Positions 36,706-46,800 of a stretch of DNA of 57,102 nucleotides are shown here, piece after piece. The stretch lies in IMG/VR virus record IMGVR_UViG_643886092_000009; one strand, written 5' to 3'. Position 1 is the first letter of the stretch. The number at the start of each line of letters is the position of its first letter. Source of the DNA: an uncultured virus (IMG/VR IMGVR_UViG_643886092_000009). Lineage: Duplodnaviria > Heunggongvirae > Uroviricota > Caudoviricetes. A program made the translations under genes and the position numbers. The notes beneath the pieces were generated by a model. It was not told the origin of the DNA. It saw only the letters and a list, made by a program, of their open reading frames with translations, and did not search any database.

Positions 36706-38529
36706 GTGGCAATTAAACCAGATGTATTAGAAGCAATTAATTATTATACAGAGGTAACTGGTGAATCAGTATCACAGTTCTTAGAAGGTATTGATTCCTT
36801 ACTTACAGTAAACGAAGAAGAGTTAACGAATAACGATTGGTTACGTAAACAAATAGCGAAGCTAATTAAGAATAAAGGGGTATCTCTAGACGAGATTATC
36901 AAGAATAAAGATTTATTGATGGCAAAAGATACAAAAGAGGAAGACGGAAGTTTCTACACGCCTTTAGAGTGGGCGGCTGAGACTCATAGAATGATAGAAA
37001 AATATATTCCGAATTTAGAAGATTATGTTGTATGGGATGCAAGTTGTGGTTCGGGAAACTTATTAGCTGAGTTACCACCTTGTAAAGAGTTATATGTATC
37101 CACATTACATCAAGAAGACGCTGAAATCGTACAGAAACGCCTACCACATGCACATGCATTCCAGTTAGACTTCTTAACAGGAATTGATTACAACGAGTGG
37201 GTAACTGAATTTACAGACGGTCTTCCTGAGGGGTTACAACGAGCGTTAAGAAATAACGAACCTATCCTTTTCTTAATGAACCCACCATATAGTATTACCA
37301 ATGCTCATAAAACACAAGTTGCAAAACATTTAAAAGCGATTGGTAAAGAGGAACTTGCTTCGGATTTATTAAGACAGTTCGTATGGCGTGTATATAACTT
37401 AGTAGATATACATGGACTATCGAATTCATACTTTACGTTAATTGGTACAAACAGTCTTTACATCATGAATTCTTGGGAGAGTACAGTAAGAGAAATGCAA
37501 GAACATGCAGACTACTTAGAAGGATTTACATTCCCTGCTAGTGAGTTTGCAGGTATCGAAAAATCAGTTCAATGGGGTATCTTCTCAACGATTTGGAAAA
37601 CAACTGAGTTACGAACTGTAGAAACTTTACCTAGTATTCAGATGACGGCAAAGAAAAAGGATGAAAACGGAGTTATTTACGATGATGGGGTATTGGATTT
37701 TGTATGGGACAAACAATACATGCCAAACTGGATTCAAAGTAAGATAACGAAAGGGAATCGTATTACAGTTCCAGTTACATCCGTTAGAGGTGTTCCAAAA
37801 GTAGACGCTAATGGAGAAGTATCTACAGTAACAGGGTTAGACAATGCACTTGGTTATTTCTTAGTAAAGAGTACATTTAAAGACATTGCTAACTTCAACG
37901 GTATTGGTACATTACCGATAACACTTGGTACTGTTCCTGTAACAGAAGAAAACTTTAAAGACGTATGTGGTTGCTTTGCATTCTTATCTACATACAAGAA
38001 TGACTTTAATGATTTAGCAAGACCATTTAACGAGCCACATACAGGTTCAGATGAATATCGTGAATGGATAGCAAACAGTATCTTATTCTCTATATGTGCA
38101 AGAAAAGGGTACATGTTCTCTGTCAGAAACATTGAATTTAATAGAGAGATTAATAGTGTAAACTCTACTATTTTCCCATTCTCACATGAACAAGTAAGAG
38201 AGTATTGTCAAGATGAGAAGGTACTAAAAGACTTAGAAGAAAACCCAGTAGATAATTCTTACTTCCTAAACTTAGTAGAAGAGTCTAAGCCTTATGCTTG
38301 GAAAGGGGTAATGAACTTATACAATGCAGTAACAAACTTCATTAAGCAGTCTTATAATTATAGACATACAATGGATTATGAAGGAAGTACAGTAGCATGG
38401 AACGCTGGATTCCACCAGTTGAAACAAACAGCTATTTGGACAGACGAAATGGAAGAAGCATATGTACAAGCCTTGTCAATTGCAAGAGACGAGTTTAGAG
38501 AAAGAGTAAAAACTCATTATATCGTCTAA
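36706..38529 (+). CDS. N6-adenine DNA methyltransferase (gamma-class motif order) with long C-terminal specificity-like region
   Basis: GSFYTP (motif X), VWDASCGSGNL (motif I), LMNPPY (motif IV). Confidence 0.85.
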   Translation: MAIKPDVLEAINYYTEVTGESVSQFLEGIDSLLTVNEEELTNNDWLRKQIAKLIKNKGVSLDEIIKNKDLLMAKDTKEEDGSFYTPLEWAAETHRMIEKYIPNLEDYVVWDASCGSGNLLAELPPCKELYVSTLHQEDAEIVQKRLPHAHAFQLDFLTGIDYNEWVTEFTDGLPEGLQRALRNNEPILFLMNPPYSITNAHKTQVAKHLKAIGKEELASDLLRQFVWRVYNLVDIHGLSNSYFTLIGTNSLYIMNSWESTVREMQEHADYLEGFTFPASEFAGIEKSVQWGIFSTIWKTTELRTVETLPSIQMTAKKKDENGVIYDDGVLDFVWDKQYMPNWIQSKITKGNRITVPVTSVRGVPKVDANGEVSTVTGLDNALGYFLVKSTFKDIANFNGIGTLPITLGTVPVTEENFKDVCGCFAFLSTYKNDFNDLARPFNEPHTGSDEYREWIANSILFSICARKGYMFSVRNIEFNREINSVNSTIFPFSHEQVREYCQDEKVLKDLEENPVDNSYFLNLVEESKPYAWKGVMNLYNAVTNFIKQSYNYRHTMDYEGSTVAWNAGFHQLKQTAIWTDEMEEAYVQALSIARDEFRERVKTHYIV

Positions 38530-38546
38530 GTAAGGGGTAGATAGTA

Positions 38547-38732
38547 ATGTATTACGGTTATAAGTGTGAAACAGGTTGTGGTCATATAACGCTTACAGAT
38601 AAGTATTACAAAACGAAACTTACTCATTGTGCAGTATGTGGAGAAAAGAAAACTTTAGTATACATCGGAGAGTTTGAAGCGAAAGCAGTAACTTCAAACT
38701 CTCTAGTTGATAGAAACAGAAGTAGAAAGTAG
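38547..38732 (+). CDS. Small Zn-ribbon protein
   Basis: CETGCGH...CAVCG. Confidence 0.7.
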   Translation: MYYGYKCETGCGHITLTDKYYKTKLTHCAVCGEKKTLVYIGEFEAKAVTSNSLVDRNRSRK

Positions 38733-38741
38733 GTACGAGTT

Positions 38742-39938
38742 ATGGGGTTAGAGTTATTGTTTGACAGACAAAGTATGATGAAGGTTGTCTTGTTATATAC
38801 ACCTTCTAACTCTTTATCTATGTACGTTCAAGACGTGATTAAAAACAGGTTTCAGATTAATAAAGATAGTATTAAAGATATAGCAACTAAGAAGGAATTA
38901 CAGGAAACAAAAGAGTTATACAATGTAGTTCCTTTCTTATCTCAAAAGTGGCTATTTCACGTAAAGAACGGAGATAAAGCAGTTAAGAAAGACTTTTTAA
39001 GGTTAGCTAGAGGAAATACAAGTGGCGTTTATTTTATCGAGTTTGAAAACTATAGAAACTATAAGTTCGTAAAAGATTTACTAAGGAATGAACCGGGGAC
39101 AGTAGACTTATACATGGGTTGGTTAAAACGTGCTGACTTTGAAATGTTATATCGTCATTTGGTTGTCGGTTTCAAGGGGTATGAGTTAACAAAAACATTA
39201 CAAGACTTTGTAATTCGTGGGTATGCAAATGAAATTGAAGCGGTGTTTAAGTTATTCGTGGAGTTACGTGATGGTAGAGAAGTTAAAACACGTAAAGAAA
39301 TTATAGACATATGTGGGATTAACTCAAATACAGTAGATAATTTTATGTTTAGTTTATTAAAAGAACCACCAGTGAAAGATAAAGGGTTAAAAAGATATAT
39401 GTCAAACCGTATTAAGGAAGCGGTAGATTTAGCTGAAAAGTATACATGGTCTACCTTTAGAAACTATTTAAAACGTTCAGTACGTTCGTGTATAGATGTA
39501 AAACTTATTTTAAGTAGTGGAGAGATATATGATAACATTCGGAACTATGAGAACGAAGGTTATGATATGAAGAAGTTACGAAGAATGCAACGATATCTTC
39601 CACAATTAAAAGAGATTAGTATGGCAAGACTATTAGGGTTGTTAGACAATATAGAAAAAGGTGTATGGTACACCGATTTAGAGTTTCTAAACTTCTTCTT
39701 TAATTACATGTTATATAAATATAACTCAAATAAAGAAGTAAAGAAACTGATATTAGAAGCTAGAGCGTTAGTGAAACAAAAGGAGAATAAAGCTAAATCA
39801 GAACCAAAAGAAAAGAGAGTCATCATGCAAGCACATTCACCTGACAAGGAAGATAATGTGAAACCTATGACAAGGAAAGAAGAAAATGATAGGGTGCAAG
39901 TGAGAGACTTCTTTAGGAGGAAGTTAAGTAATGAATAA
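38742..39938 (+). CDS. Possible clamp-loader delta (HolA)-like protein
   Basis: N-terminal beta strand VVLLY and VPFLSQKWLFHV resemble the HolA PF..+.+V motif; size and helical C-terminus are compatible; weak. Confidence 0.4.
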   Translation: MGLELLFDRQSMMKVVLLYTPSNSLSMYVQDVIKNRFQINKDSIKDIATKKELQETKELYNVVPFLSQKWLFHVKNGDKAVKKDFLRLARGNTSGVYFIEFENYRNYKFVKDLLRNEPGTVDLYMGWLKRADFEMLYRHLVVGFKGYELTKTLQDFVIRGYANEIEAVFKLFVELRDGREVKTRKEIIDICGINSNTVDNFMFSLLKEPPVKDKGLKRYMSNRIKEAVDLAEKYTWSTFRNYLKRSVRSCIDVKLILSSGEIYDNIRNYENEGYDMKKLRRMQRYLPQLKEISMARLLGLLDNIEKGVWYTDLEFLNFFFNYMLYKYNSNKEVKKLILEARALVKQKENKAKSEPKEKRVIMQAHSPDKEDNVKPMTRKEENDRVQVRDFFRRKLSNE

Positions 39939-40083
39939 AGAAATTATTTTACAAAATTTACTGAAAACGAAAGAGAAACTAGAAATTATAGAGGGTAGAA
40001 CAGATGATGGTGCAATTTCTGTTATGGCAAATGAAGGATTAGATTATATTGAATCTGCAATGGAGGAACTGAACAATGAATGA
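39931..40083 (+). CDS. Small helical protein (50 aa), not in the ORF track
   Basis: MNKEIILQNLLKTKEKLEIIEGRTDDGAISVMANEGLDYIESAMEELNNE; RBS aggagg; overlaps both neighbours. Confidence 0.7.
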   Translation: MNKEIILQNLLKTKEKLEIIEGRTDDGAISVMANEGLDYIESAMEELNNE

Positions 40084-40459
40084 TTCGTATGTTAAGTTTT
40101 TAAACCGATTACAAGAAGAAACAGGTATCAAGAAAGTAAGCGAACTACTAGATAGTATGTCACCTTTGCAAGAGAAAGTCTTCATGATTATTAGGGGTAT
40201 GGGAGACGTGGAATTCCACGTCCAACCTGAGTTAAGACAAGTTGTAACTTGTTGTATGGATAATTTAAGTAAGGTTTACGATATGATTGAACCTGATGGG
40301 ACAATCCATGAAAACCTAAGATTCGTATTAAATGGTATGAAGAACGACTTAACTACGATTCACTATAAAGCAGACAAGGAAACGGTACGAAATAAAGCTT
40401 TCCATACTTTAAATGAACTGAAGTTTTTAGACTTAGAATTAAAGAAACAAAATAAATAG
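40076..40459 (+). CDS. Hypothetical protein
   Basis: RBS ggagg; within an operon. Confidence 0.75.
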   Translation: MNDSYVKFLNRLQEETGIKKVSELLDSMSPLQEKVFMIIRGMGDVEFHVQPELRQVVTCCMDNLSKVYDMIEPDGTIHENLRFVLNGMKNDLTTIHYKADKETVRNKAFHTLNELKFLDLELKKQNK

Positions 40460-40469
40460 GAGGGTAAAC

Positions 40470-40763
40470 ATGAAACTTGAAAAGATAGAACGTAAGTTAA
40501 ATGCGTTATACATGGATTTGAAGTATGCTCAACTATTTACATCCGAGGATAGTGTAACAGATGAAGTAAATACTGTCATGGAGAACATAAAAGGTATTCT
40601 TACTGAACCGAAAGAAAAGCTAATGGTATCGGCTTTAAAAGAAATTGCACAACAATTAGACTTAGTTTTAAAAGAAGTTTCTTATGGTCAGAATGTAGTA
40701 AACTTATCAGAAGCAAAAGATAGTTTACAGGAAATTATTACAAACTTAGAAAAGCTAAATTAA
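40470..40763 (+). CDS. Hypothetical helical protein
   Basis: RBS aggaggg. Confidence 0.75.
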   Translation: MKLEKIERKLNALYMDLKYAQLFTSEDSVTDEVNTVMENIKGILTEPKEKLMVSALKEIAQQLDLVLKEVSYGQNVVNLSEAKDSLQEIITNLEKLN

Positions 40764-40784
40764 GTAGAAAAGGGGTATTTCAGA

Positions 40785-41486
40785 ATGGCGTTTTTATCAA
40801 TAATAGACGCAGAATCGTTTGATGTGTCAAAATCGTATTTTAATAAGTTAAAGAGCAAAGAGGAAGAATGTTACTTAGTATTAGATAACTATAGGAACCA
40901 AGAAGTAAACGAAATGGTCAAAGCAGTGATAGTTAAAGAAGAAGTAACCGAGATGAAGCAGGGAATACTATACATCAAAATGCTTGAACATTCTTCTAGT
41001 GAATTAGAACTAGAGCAATTTTTAGAGGAACATGTCGACCCAGTAGATGTCTACACATATGTAATTAAATTACATGAAAATTATGTAGACTTACGAAAAC
41101 TAACTGAAATGGTAGATAAGTATACAGAAAGTAAAGTACGATTTATTGGTGGAAACTTGTTAGCTATTCAAGGTGCAGGGGTAGGGATGTTTGCAGACTC
41201 CTTTATTACTGAAAATAAATTAAAAGTAAATAAAACAAGTCGATTTGAAGTAACACAAGTAAAATTACTAGAACTAAGTAAACTTGTAACCCATGAATTA
41301 GAAGAGTATACCGCACGTAAGAATAGACCTAAGAAGTCCACAGTTAAGCGTGAACGAGCGAAGAAAACAAAGTTAGCTGATGGTACAGTAGTAGACAAGC
41401 CTAAGAAACCAAAGTCAGCTAAAAGTAAAACACCTAAACCAAAGAAACAAAAGTTAAGCATGGAAGATATTTTAAATTCTTATTAA
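40785..41486 (+). CDS. Hypothetical protein with Lys/Pro-rich basic C-terminal tail
   Basis: KPKKPKSAKSKTPKPKK tail. Confidence 0.75.
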   Translation: MAFLSIIDAESFDVSKSYFNKLKSKEEECYLVLDNYRNQEVNEMVKAVIVKEEVTEMKQGILYIKMLEHSSSELELEQFLEEHVDPVDVYTYVIKLHENYVDLRKLTEMVDKYTESKVRFIGGNLLAIQGAGVGMFADSFITENKLKVNKTSRFEVTQVKLLELSKLVTHELEEYTARKNRPKKSTVKRERAKKTKLADGTVVDKPKKPKSAKSKTPKPKKQKLSMEDILNSY

Positions 41487-41534
41487 AACTCACAAATTTT
41501 CAATGGAAACAAAATAATAATCCTACAGAGTAAC

Positions 41535-41563
41535 TTGACAAAATCGTAAACTTATGTTATAAT
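41535..41563 (+). promoter_or_regulatory. Sigma-A consensus promoter
   Basis: TTGACA-17-TATAAT. Confidence 0.9.
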
Positions 41564-41597
41564 AGTAATATATCAGAGTGAAGGAGGTGCTTTATAT

Positions 41598-41990
41598 TTG
41601 GAGTCTTTGTTATTGATGGTAGCAGTAGGACTGGGTATCTTAATAGCTTGGAAAATAGTAAAGACTGTAATTGTAAGGTGCATTGTTATTGCAATAGCAA
41701 TAGGAATCTTCATAGTGGGGTATGACTATGTTTTACCCGCAAAGTTTAACATGAATCCTTATAAACTTGATAGAGCGTATCAATTATCACAAGAAACGAA
41801 AAAGGTCAGAGTAGTGGAAGCAGACGGAGAAAAAGAGGTGCAAGTCTACTTCAATGATAATTGGTATTACATAAAAGATTTAGACATAAAGAAAGAGTTT
41901 AAAACAAACAGTTACATGGTAGAGACTAAGGATAATAAGTTTAAGATAGAAGATAAGGAACTCGTAGCGATTTTAGAAACATTGAAGTAA
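41598..41990 (+). CDS. Membrane protein
   Basis: TTG after aaggaggtg; two N-terminal TM helices. Confidence 0.8.
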   Translation: MESLLLMVAVGLGILIAWKIVKTVIVRCIVIAIAIGIFIVGYDYVLPAKFNMNPYKLDRAYQLSQETKKVRVVEADGEKEVQVYFNDNWYYIKDLDIKKEFKTNSYMVETKDNKFKIEDKELVAILETLK

Positions 41991-42003
41991 GGGAGTTTAA
42001 ACG

Positions 42004-42687
42004 ATGGACATATTAAGAGGACCGTTTGACTTTACAAACAACATAACTTACGAAGACACTGAGATTTTCGTAAATCAAATTCAAAAGTATGAAGATGGTA
42101 ACATTGACAGTTTAAAGAAACTAGATACTGGAAAAATGATGGATGTTACATTGAATCGTAACACAAAAATTCCAATGATGAACTTACGTTTTTACAATGG
42201 CAGTATTAAACGTAATTCTAAAAATTCGATTGAAGGTAAATCGAAAAAGAACGAAGTAAACATTACATCTAATATGTCAGAAGACGCAAAAGGTCAAGGT
42301 CAGTCAGCTAAGACAATAGATGAAAACCTGATTATCAAAGAGTCTAAGAACAATGGACCGAGGTATAAACTGGTAAATGATAAGACAATTGATGAGGTAG
42401 AAGAGGTTAAACATTATATTTGGGTATTTAGAGAGTATCAAATTGCATTTGAGAAGTTAGAGTATGTAGACTTATCACATCTTGTTATGCGTTCACTACA
42501 GGGAGTTCAAAACGCAGTTCAAAGTCTACGAAAACTAGTTCGTTATTATGGTGAAAATGGCAGACACGAAGAAAAATTGAAGGCTATCGTATCTCACCAC
42601 GAACCTTTTAATATTGTTATTGAGAAAATTTTAAAAGCAAAAGAAGAAGGTTATGATGTATTTGAAGAAAAGAATGAAGTAGTATAA
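42004..42687 (+). CDS. Hypothetical protein
   Basis: 227 aa with RBS. Confidence 0.75.
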   Translation: MDILRGPFDFTNNITYEDTEIFVNQIQKYEDGNIDSLKKLDTGKMMDVTLNRNTKIPMMNLRFYNGSIKRNSKNSIEGKSKKNEVNITSNMSEDAKGQGQSAKTIDENLIIKESKNNGPRYKLVNDKTIDEVEEVKHYIWVFREYQIAFEKLEYVDLSHLVMRSLQGVQNAVQSLRKLVRYYGENGRHEEKLKAIVSHHEPFNIVIEKILKAKEEGYDVFEEKNEVV

Positions 42688-42714
42688 ACGATAGAGTATA
42701 AAGAAGGTGTAAAT

Positions 42715-43581
42715 GTGTCTGAGAAAACAGGAAAAGGGAACGAAATATCAAAGTTAAAAGTATCAGCAGAAATGTATGGTGGGGCAATTAATACGATTGC
42801 CCTAAACATATTAAAAACTCGAATGAATAAATCATCGAACCAAAAGGCATTAGGGGTAGGTACGCTAGGTTTCGATTTAGACTCTTTAAAGGATGAAGAC
42901 CGTAAGGAACAGAAAATGACAGGTGACTTTACTCACTTTGCTTTAAACAATTCCGATGCTTTCATTCATTTTTGTGAGTCTACACTAGCAAGTAAATTCC
43001 AACCTGAGGATTTCACAAAAGACTTCTTATTTGAATTAAGAAGATTTTTCATTATGTATGGAACGAATTTTACAAATTACATTATTAGTTTCTACTTAGA
43101 GAACCATGATTTATTCCATGCTATTCAAGAAACAAGTAAGTTAACTGAGGATTTCAAGTGTAACACTGATTTAATGACGATTAGACAGTCAAATAACGTA
43201 TCAGTCTATAAAGGTGAACTAAAAGGTGAAGTGAAGAAGGGGTATATCGCTTTTTCAATTGACTTAGCAAAAGATGTAGACACAATACTAGATTACATGT
43301 TAAATAAACCTCTAAAAGAAAACCTATTCAAAGTACACATGTCTAGGTTGGATTACTTTAGAGACTTAGGAAACAATTTCTTTGCTTTCAATAACTTCTA
43401 TGAGCATATCAAGATACAGTTTATAGAGAACATATTAAATCAAACGAATGCGTTATTAATAGAAGTCGTACATGATAAAGTATACTTCTTAGTTAAGACT
43501 GATGCAGTTCCAGTATTAAACTTTAAAATATACGGTATACCATTTGAACAAACATTTAAAATTGAGTTAGTAGGTGAGTAG
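42715..43581 (+). CDS. Hypothetical protein
   Basis: 288 aa, GTG start. Confidence 0.75.
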   Translation: MSEKTGKGNEISKLKVSAEMYGGAINTIALNILKTRMNKSSNQKALGVGTLGFDLDSLKDEDRKEQKMTGDFTHFALNNSDAFIHFCESTLASKFQPEDFTKDFLFELRRFFIMYGTNFTNYIISFYLENHDLFHAIQETSKLTEDFKCNTDLMTIRQSNNVSVYKGELKGEVKKGYIAFSIDLAKDVDTILDYMLNKPLKENLFKVHMSRLDYFRDLGNNFFAFNNFYEHIKIQFIENILNQTNALLIEVVHDKVYFLVKTDAVPVLNFKIYGIPFEQTFKIELVGE

Positions 43582-43583
43582 TT

Positions 43584-44006
43584 TTGATTAACCTAAGCAT
43601 TAGCGTAAACAAGGGGTATGAAGCCATTGTTATTTTAAAGGATGGTCGTATCCTATTCAAAGAAGTAAAGAACGAGAATAAAGCAGTAAAGAAACATTAT
43701 ACAGAGAAGTATTTAGACTTATTTAGAAAGTCTTTACAATTATTAAAAACAGTAACAGAGCAAGAAAATATAGACTATGAAAATCGTTGTATTATGGAAA
43801 TGAAGTGTGAACATGTAGTGAAATGGTTCAACGAGTTAGAAGCCCCTAAGAATCATTCAGAGAAATTCTTAGAGACTTTAAAAGTATTCGATGAGTTACC
43901 GTTCCGATACAGTATTATCAATTCTTCAAATCCAACGGCTATGTACTATGCAAACGAGAAACATGTTGAAAAAGAAGTATTAATGGGTGTAGCTGATTTA
44001 TTCTAA
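43584..44006 (+). CDS. Hypothetical protein
   Basis: 140 aa, TTG start, within an operon. Confidence 0.7.
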   Translation: MINLSISVNKGYEAIVILKDGRILFKEVKNENKAVKKHYTEKYLDLFRKSLQLLKTVTEQENIDYENRCIMEMKCEHVVKWFNELEAPKNHSEKFLETLKVFDELPFRYSIINSSNPTAMYYANEKHVEKEVLMGVADLF

Positions 44007-44028
44007 ACAAACTAAGGGGTGTTAAAAG

Positions 44029-44397
44029 ATGTCAACTGTCATTTCAAAACATAGAGCAAAAGCAATAGCTGAAATATCTGTAGCTAGTGGTATTTTAGAA
44101 ATTATGCCAGTTAGCAATAATAAATTAGCTAACTTAAAAGTAAAAGAAGCAAAACAAGAATTAGAAGAAGTTAAAAACTTTATATTTAATGATGCAAAAC
44201 CGTTAGAAATGTATAATAAGTTGGAAGTACAAGCTATTATCAGCTTAAATACAGTTAAAACATCCCTTAATAACTCATTTGGTAAGCCTTTTAACGGAAA
44301 CGAAGAACAAGTAAAAAGGTATGAAGAGTTGAAACCGAGTATTGAAAAGATATTCCTAAGTATAGATAGTGCTATAAACCACCTATCAGCCGAATAA
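44029..44397 (+). CDS. Hypothetical helical protein
   Basis: RBS aagggg. Confidence 0.75.
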   Translation: MSTVISKHRAKAIAEISVASGILEIMPVSNNKLANLKVKEAKQELEEVKNFIFNDAKPLEMYNKLEVQAIISLNTVKTSLNNSFGKPFNGNEEQVKRYEELKPSIEKIFLSIDSAINHLSAE

Positions 44398-44408
44398 GGG
44401 GTAGTGTT

Positions 44409-44741
44409 ATGAAAAGAGACTTATTAAAGCAAAATTATAGTTCTATTTTAGATAAAATGAACTTAGCTTTTCTCGCTACAGATGATGATTTAATGCAAGA
44501 CCGTATAACAGAAGCTATGTTTGATTACGAGTTTGTAGGTAAGTTACTAACAGGGGTAGAACCTCATTTAGATAACTCTTGTACAGTCGAGGAAAGAATG
44601 AGTTCTATCCTTACAAATTGTATCAGTAACATAGAAGACGCCCTACGTCACATGAAGGATGCAGATTGGCGTTATAGTAAGACGGTAGAAGAACAAGGAA
44701 ACATTGTAGTTTCTATGTTAAAAGAAATTATAGAGGGGTAA
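44409..44741 (+). CDS. Hypothetical helical protein
   Basis: RBS aagggg. Confidence 0.75.
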   Translation: MKRDLLKQNYSSILDKMNLAFLATDDDLMQDRITEAMFDYEFVGKLLTGVEPHLDNSCTVEERMSSILTNCISNIEDALRHMKDADWRYSKTVEEQGNIVVSMLKEIIEG

Positions 44742-44762
44742 GTTAAGAAAGGGGTATAAACG

Positions 44763-45425
44763 ATGGACAAGCAAGTAATTACAGAAGAGTTACACGTTGT
44801 TGAAGAAGATTTAATCAAAGTAAAACTAGGATTAAATAAGGTAGACAAATATGTAGAAAAATTAGAAGATATTCAAGAATATGTAGGAATGCTTGTAGAA
44901 TATTTAAACTGTAGGCTTCCAAAAGGAACTATAAGTGCAAAAGATGATACAGAAGAGGATTATCAAGAGTTATTCTTGTTAACAATAATTACCATAGACA
45001 GAGGTCTTCAAGATTTATTAGATGAAATAGTAGAAACTGTAGAAGGTAAAGAGGATATTAAGAATCTGTTAGTTAAGTCTACTATTGGTATCAGAAAGAT
45101 TATGTACAAGCATTCAGACTTAAAATCAGTCAAGTATGCTTTATCACATACATTAGGTAGTTTAAAAGCAGTTAGTTTTGATACAGTAACATATGAAGAA
45201 ATCTTACTAAACTTATTGAAGCTAACAGATAGAGAATATCAGTATTCAGCTATCCAGTATGAAACGGTTGAAGAAGAGATATTTTCAACATTAGATACTC
45301 TAAATACAAGCCTAAAAGGGCATGTAGAAGGTAAACTTGATGGAGAAAATAAAGAACATTTAGACTACGGTTTAGGTTTTATAAGAGAAGTATCTCTATT
45401 CTTACAAGCAGTACTATCAAAATAA
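44763..45425 (+). CDS. Hypothetical acidic helical protein
   Basis: RBS aagggg, 220 aa. Confidence 0.75.
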   Translation: MDKQVITEELHVVEEDLIKVKLGLNKVDKYVEKLEDIQEYVGMLVEYLNCRLPKGTISAKDDTEEDYQELFLLTIITIDRGLQDLLDEIVETVEGKEDIKNLLVKSTIGIRKIMYKHSDLKSVKYALSHTLGSLKAVSFDTVTYEEILLNLLKLTDREYQYSAIQYETVEEEIFSTLDTLNTSLKGHVEGKLDGENKEHLDYGLGFIREVSLFLQAVLSK

Positions 45426-45436
45426 GTCTTAAACTT

Positions 45437-45465
45437 AGGTAACTATCCAAACAGTAGTTACCTTT
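45437..45465 (+). terminator. Possible intrinsic terminator
   Basis: aggtaacta...tagttacct-tt. Confidence 0.55.
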
Positions 45466-45562
45466 CAATAGGTTTAAAAAGTAAGAGCCTAAAACGTTAG
45501 GGAATAATAGGTAGAACAGGTAAACTAAGGTAATAAATAAGAATTGAAAAGAAGGTGTAAAG

Positions 45563-46147
45563 ATGTTAGACGGTTTCGACTTTAAGGAATTCGCTAGAGA
45601 AAATGCACAGTTAACACATGAGGTTCACATGGGAGACTACATTATTATCCATGTGCAACGAGAAGAAGTAGAAGGTGCTATTTATAGTCGTATTATGAAA
45701 CACATTCGTACTATTGATAAACGTGAGAGTAGAGGATATGCTTCTTTAATTATTACTTTTAATGGATATGATGACATCCCAGACTCCGTATTTGAAATTA
45801 TGGACATTCGAAAGTATGTTCAAGGCTTATTTAGTCGAGTACCACACCTATTATTTTACATGGCAAACATGCCTGAGGTAAGAGAAAATATGTTGTTATG
45901 TATTTGTGATTTTGAAAAGATAGGTAAAAACCACGGATTGTCTTATGAAGAACTATTAGAAATGACATTAGAAGACCCTGATAGCATTCCTAAAGAGCAA
46001 ATTATGATTAGTATTTCTGATTCTAAGAGAAGAGACTTAGGGGAAACACTACGTAAGTATGGTAATAAAGTAAAGAAACAAGAGGAAGCACAAGAGGTTA
46101 TTCAGTGGTTAAACAATACATTTAGTTCAGATAATCGAATCCAGTAA
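45563..46147 (+). CDS. CRR6/DUF1817-like domain protein
   Basis: VQREEVE...LIITFNGYDDIPDSVFEIMDIRKYVQGLFSRVPHLLFY resembles the CRR6 D.REL.EI.EVR.W...L...P...FF pattern. Confidence 0.5.
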   Translation: MLDGFDFKEFARENAQLTHEVHMGDYIIIHVQREEVEGAIYSRIMKHIRTIDKRESRGYASLIITFNGYDDIPDSVFEIMDIRKYVQGLFSRVPHLLFYMANMPEVRENMLLCICDFEKIGKNHGLSYEELLEMTLEDPDSIPKEQIMISISDSKRRDLGETLRKYGNKVKKQEEAQEVIQWLNNTFSSDNRIQ

Positions 46148-46329
46148 GAAAGAAGTAAGGCTTGTTTTAGACGTAGTTATAAGGAGTAAGAATGCAAATT
46201 GAATAGGGGTAGGATAGTGTAAAACATTACTCTTTTCTTAATAACTTGAGGTAAAGTGATTACACATCGGTACTCCTATTCAGTTCGTATTTAATTTCAA
46301 TAAAATTACAATGAAACGAGGGTAAAACA

Positions 46330-46653
46330 ATGCAAGATGTCATTCAATTTAACAGAGACAAGTTTGAAGAGTTACGAAAAGTGATTTCTAGTTGTAGTTA
46401 TGAGGGTGGAATCTTAGGTTATCTATTATCAGAAATGGGTTTGCATAATCGAGTAATAACAAGCATTGAAAAGATAACAGACGAGTTAGAAGCCCCACTA
46501 AAACAGGTAAGAGAAGGTTTAGCAATGCTTTGTGAGAGGGGTATTGTTTCAATTGAGGGTGTAAACCCAAAAAGTCTTGTATTTACAATCAATAAAGATT
46601 ATGCAGTAAGGGTTTATCAGACAAAACGGATGAAACAAATGATAAAACAATAG
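46330..46653 (+). CDS. Winged-helix protein, RepL-like
   Basis: YLLSEM..HN.VI..IEKI..EL......V...L..L.E.GIV...FTIN pattern. Confidence 0.5.
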   Translation: MQDVIQFNRDKFEELRKVISSCSYEGGILGYLLSEMGLHNRVITSIEKITDELEAPLKQVREGLAMLCERGIVSIEGVNPKSLVFTINKDYAVRVYQTKRMKQMIKQ

Positions 46654-46800
46654 TTTCATAGTCTATCAGAAAGTATTAGGTAAATAGCTTTTTATAAAGG
46701 CAAATAAAGGGCTATTTGAAAGAAACAAGTGTAGTAGAGTGAAAGAACGAAAATAGAAACTAGAGTATAAGAGTTGGTAATATAGAGAGGTGTGTAAGTT

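Noticed and set aside
43584..44006. RNase H-like assignment
   Set aside because: Only the general strand/helix pattern is suggestive; catalytic acidic residues are not evident
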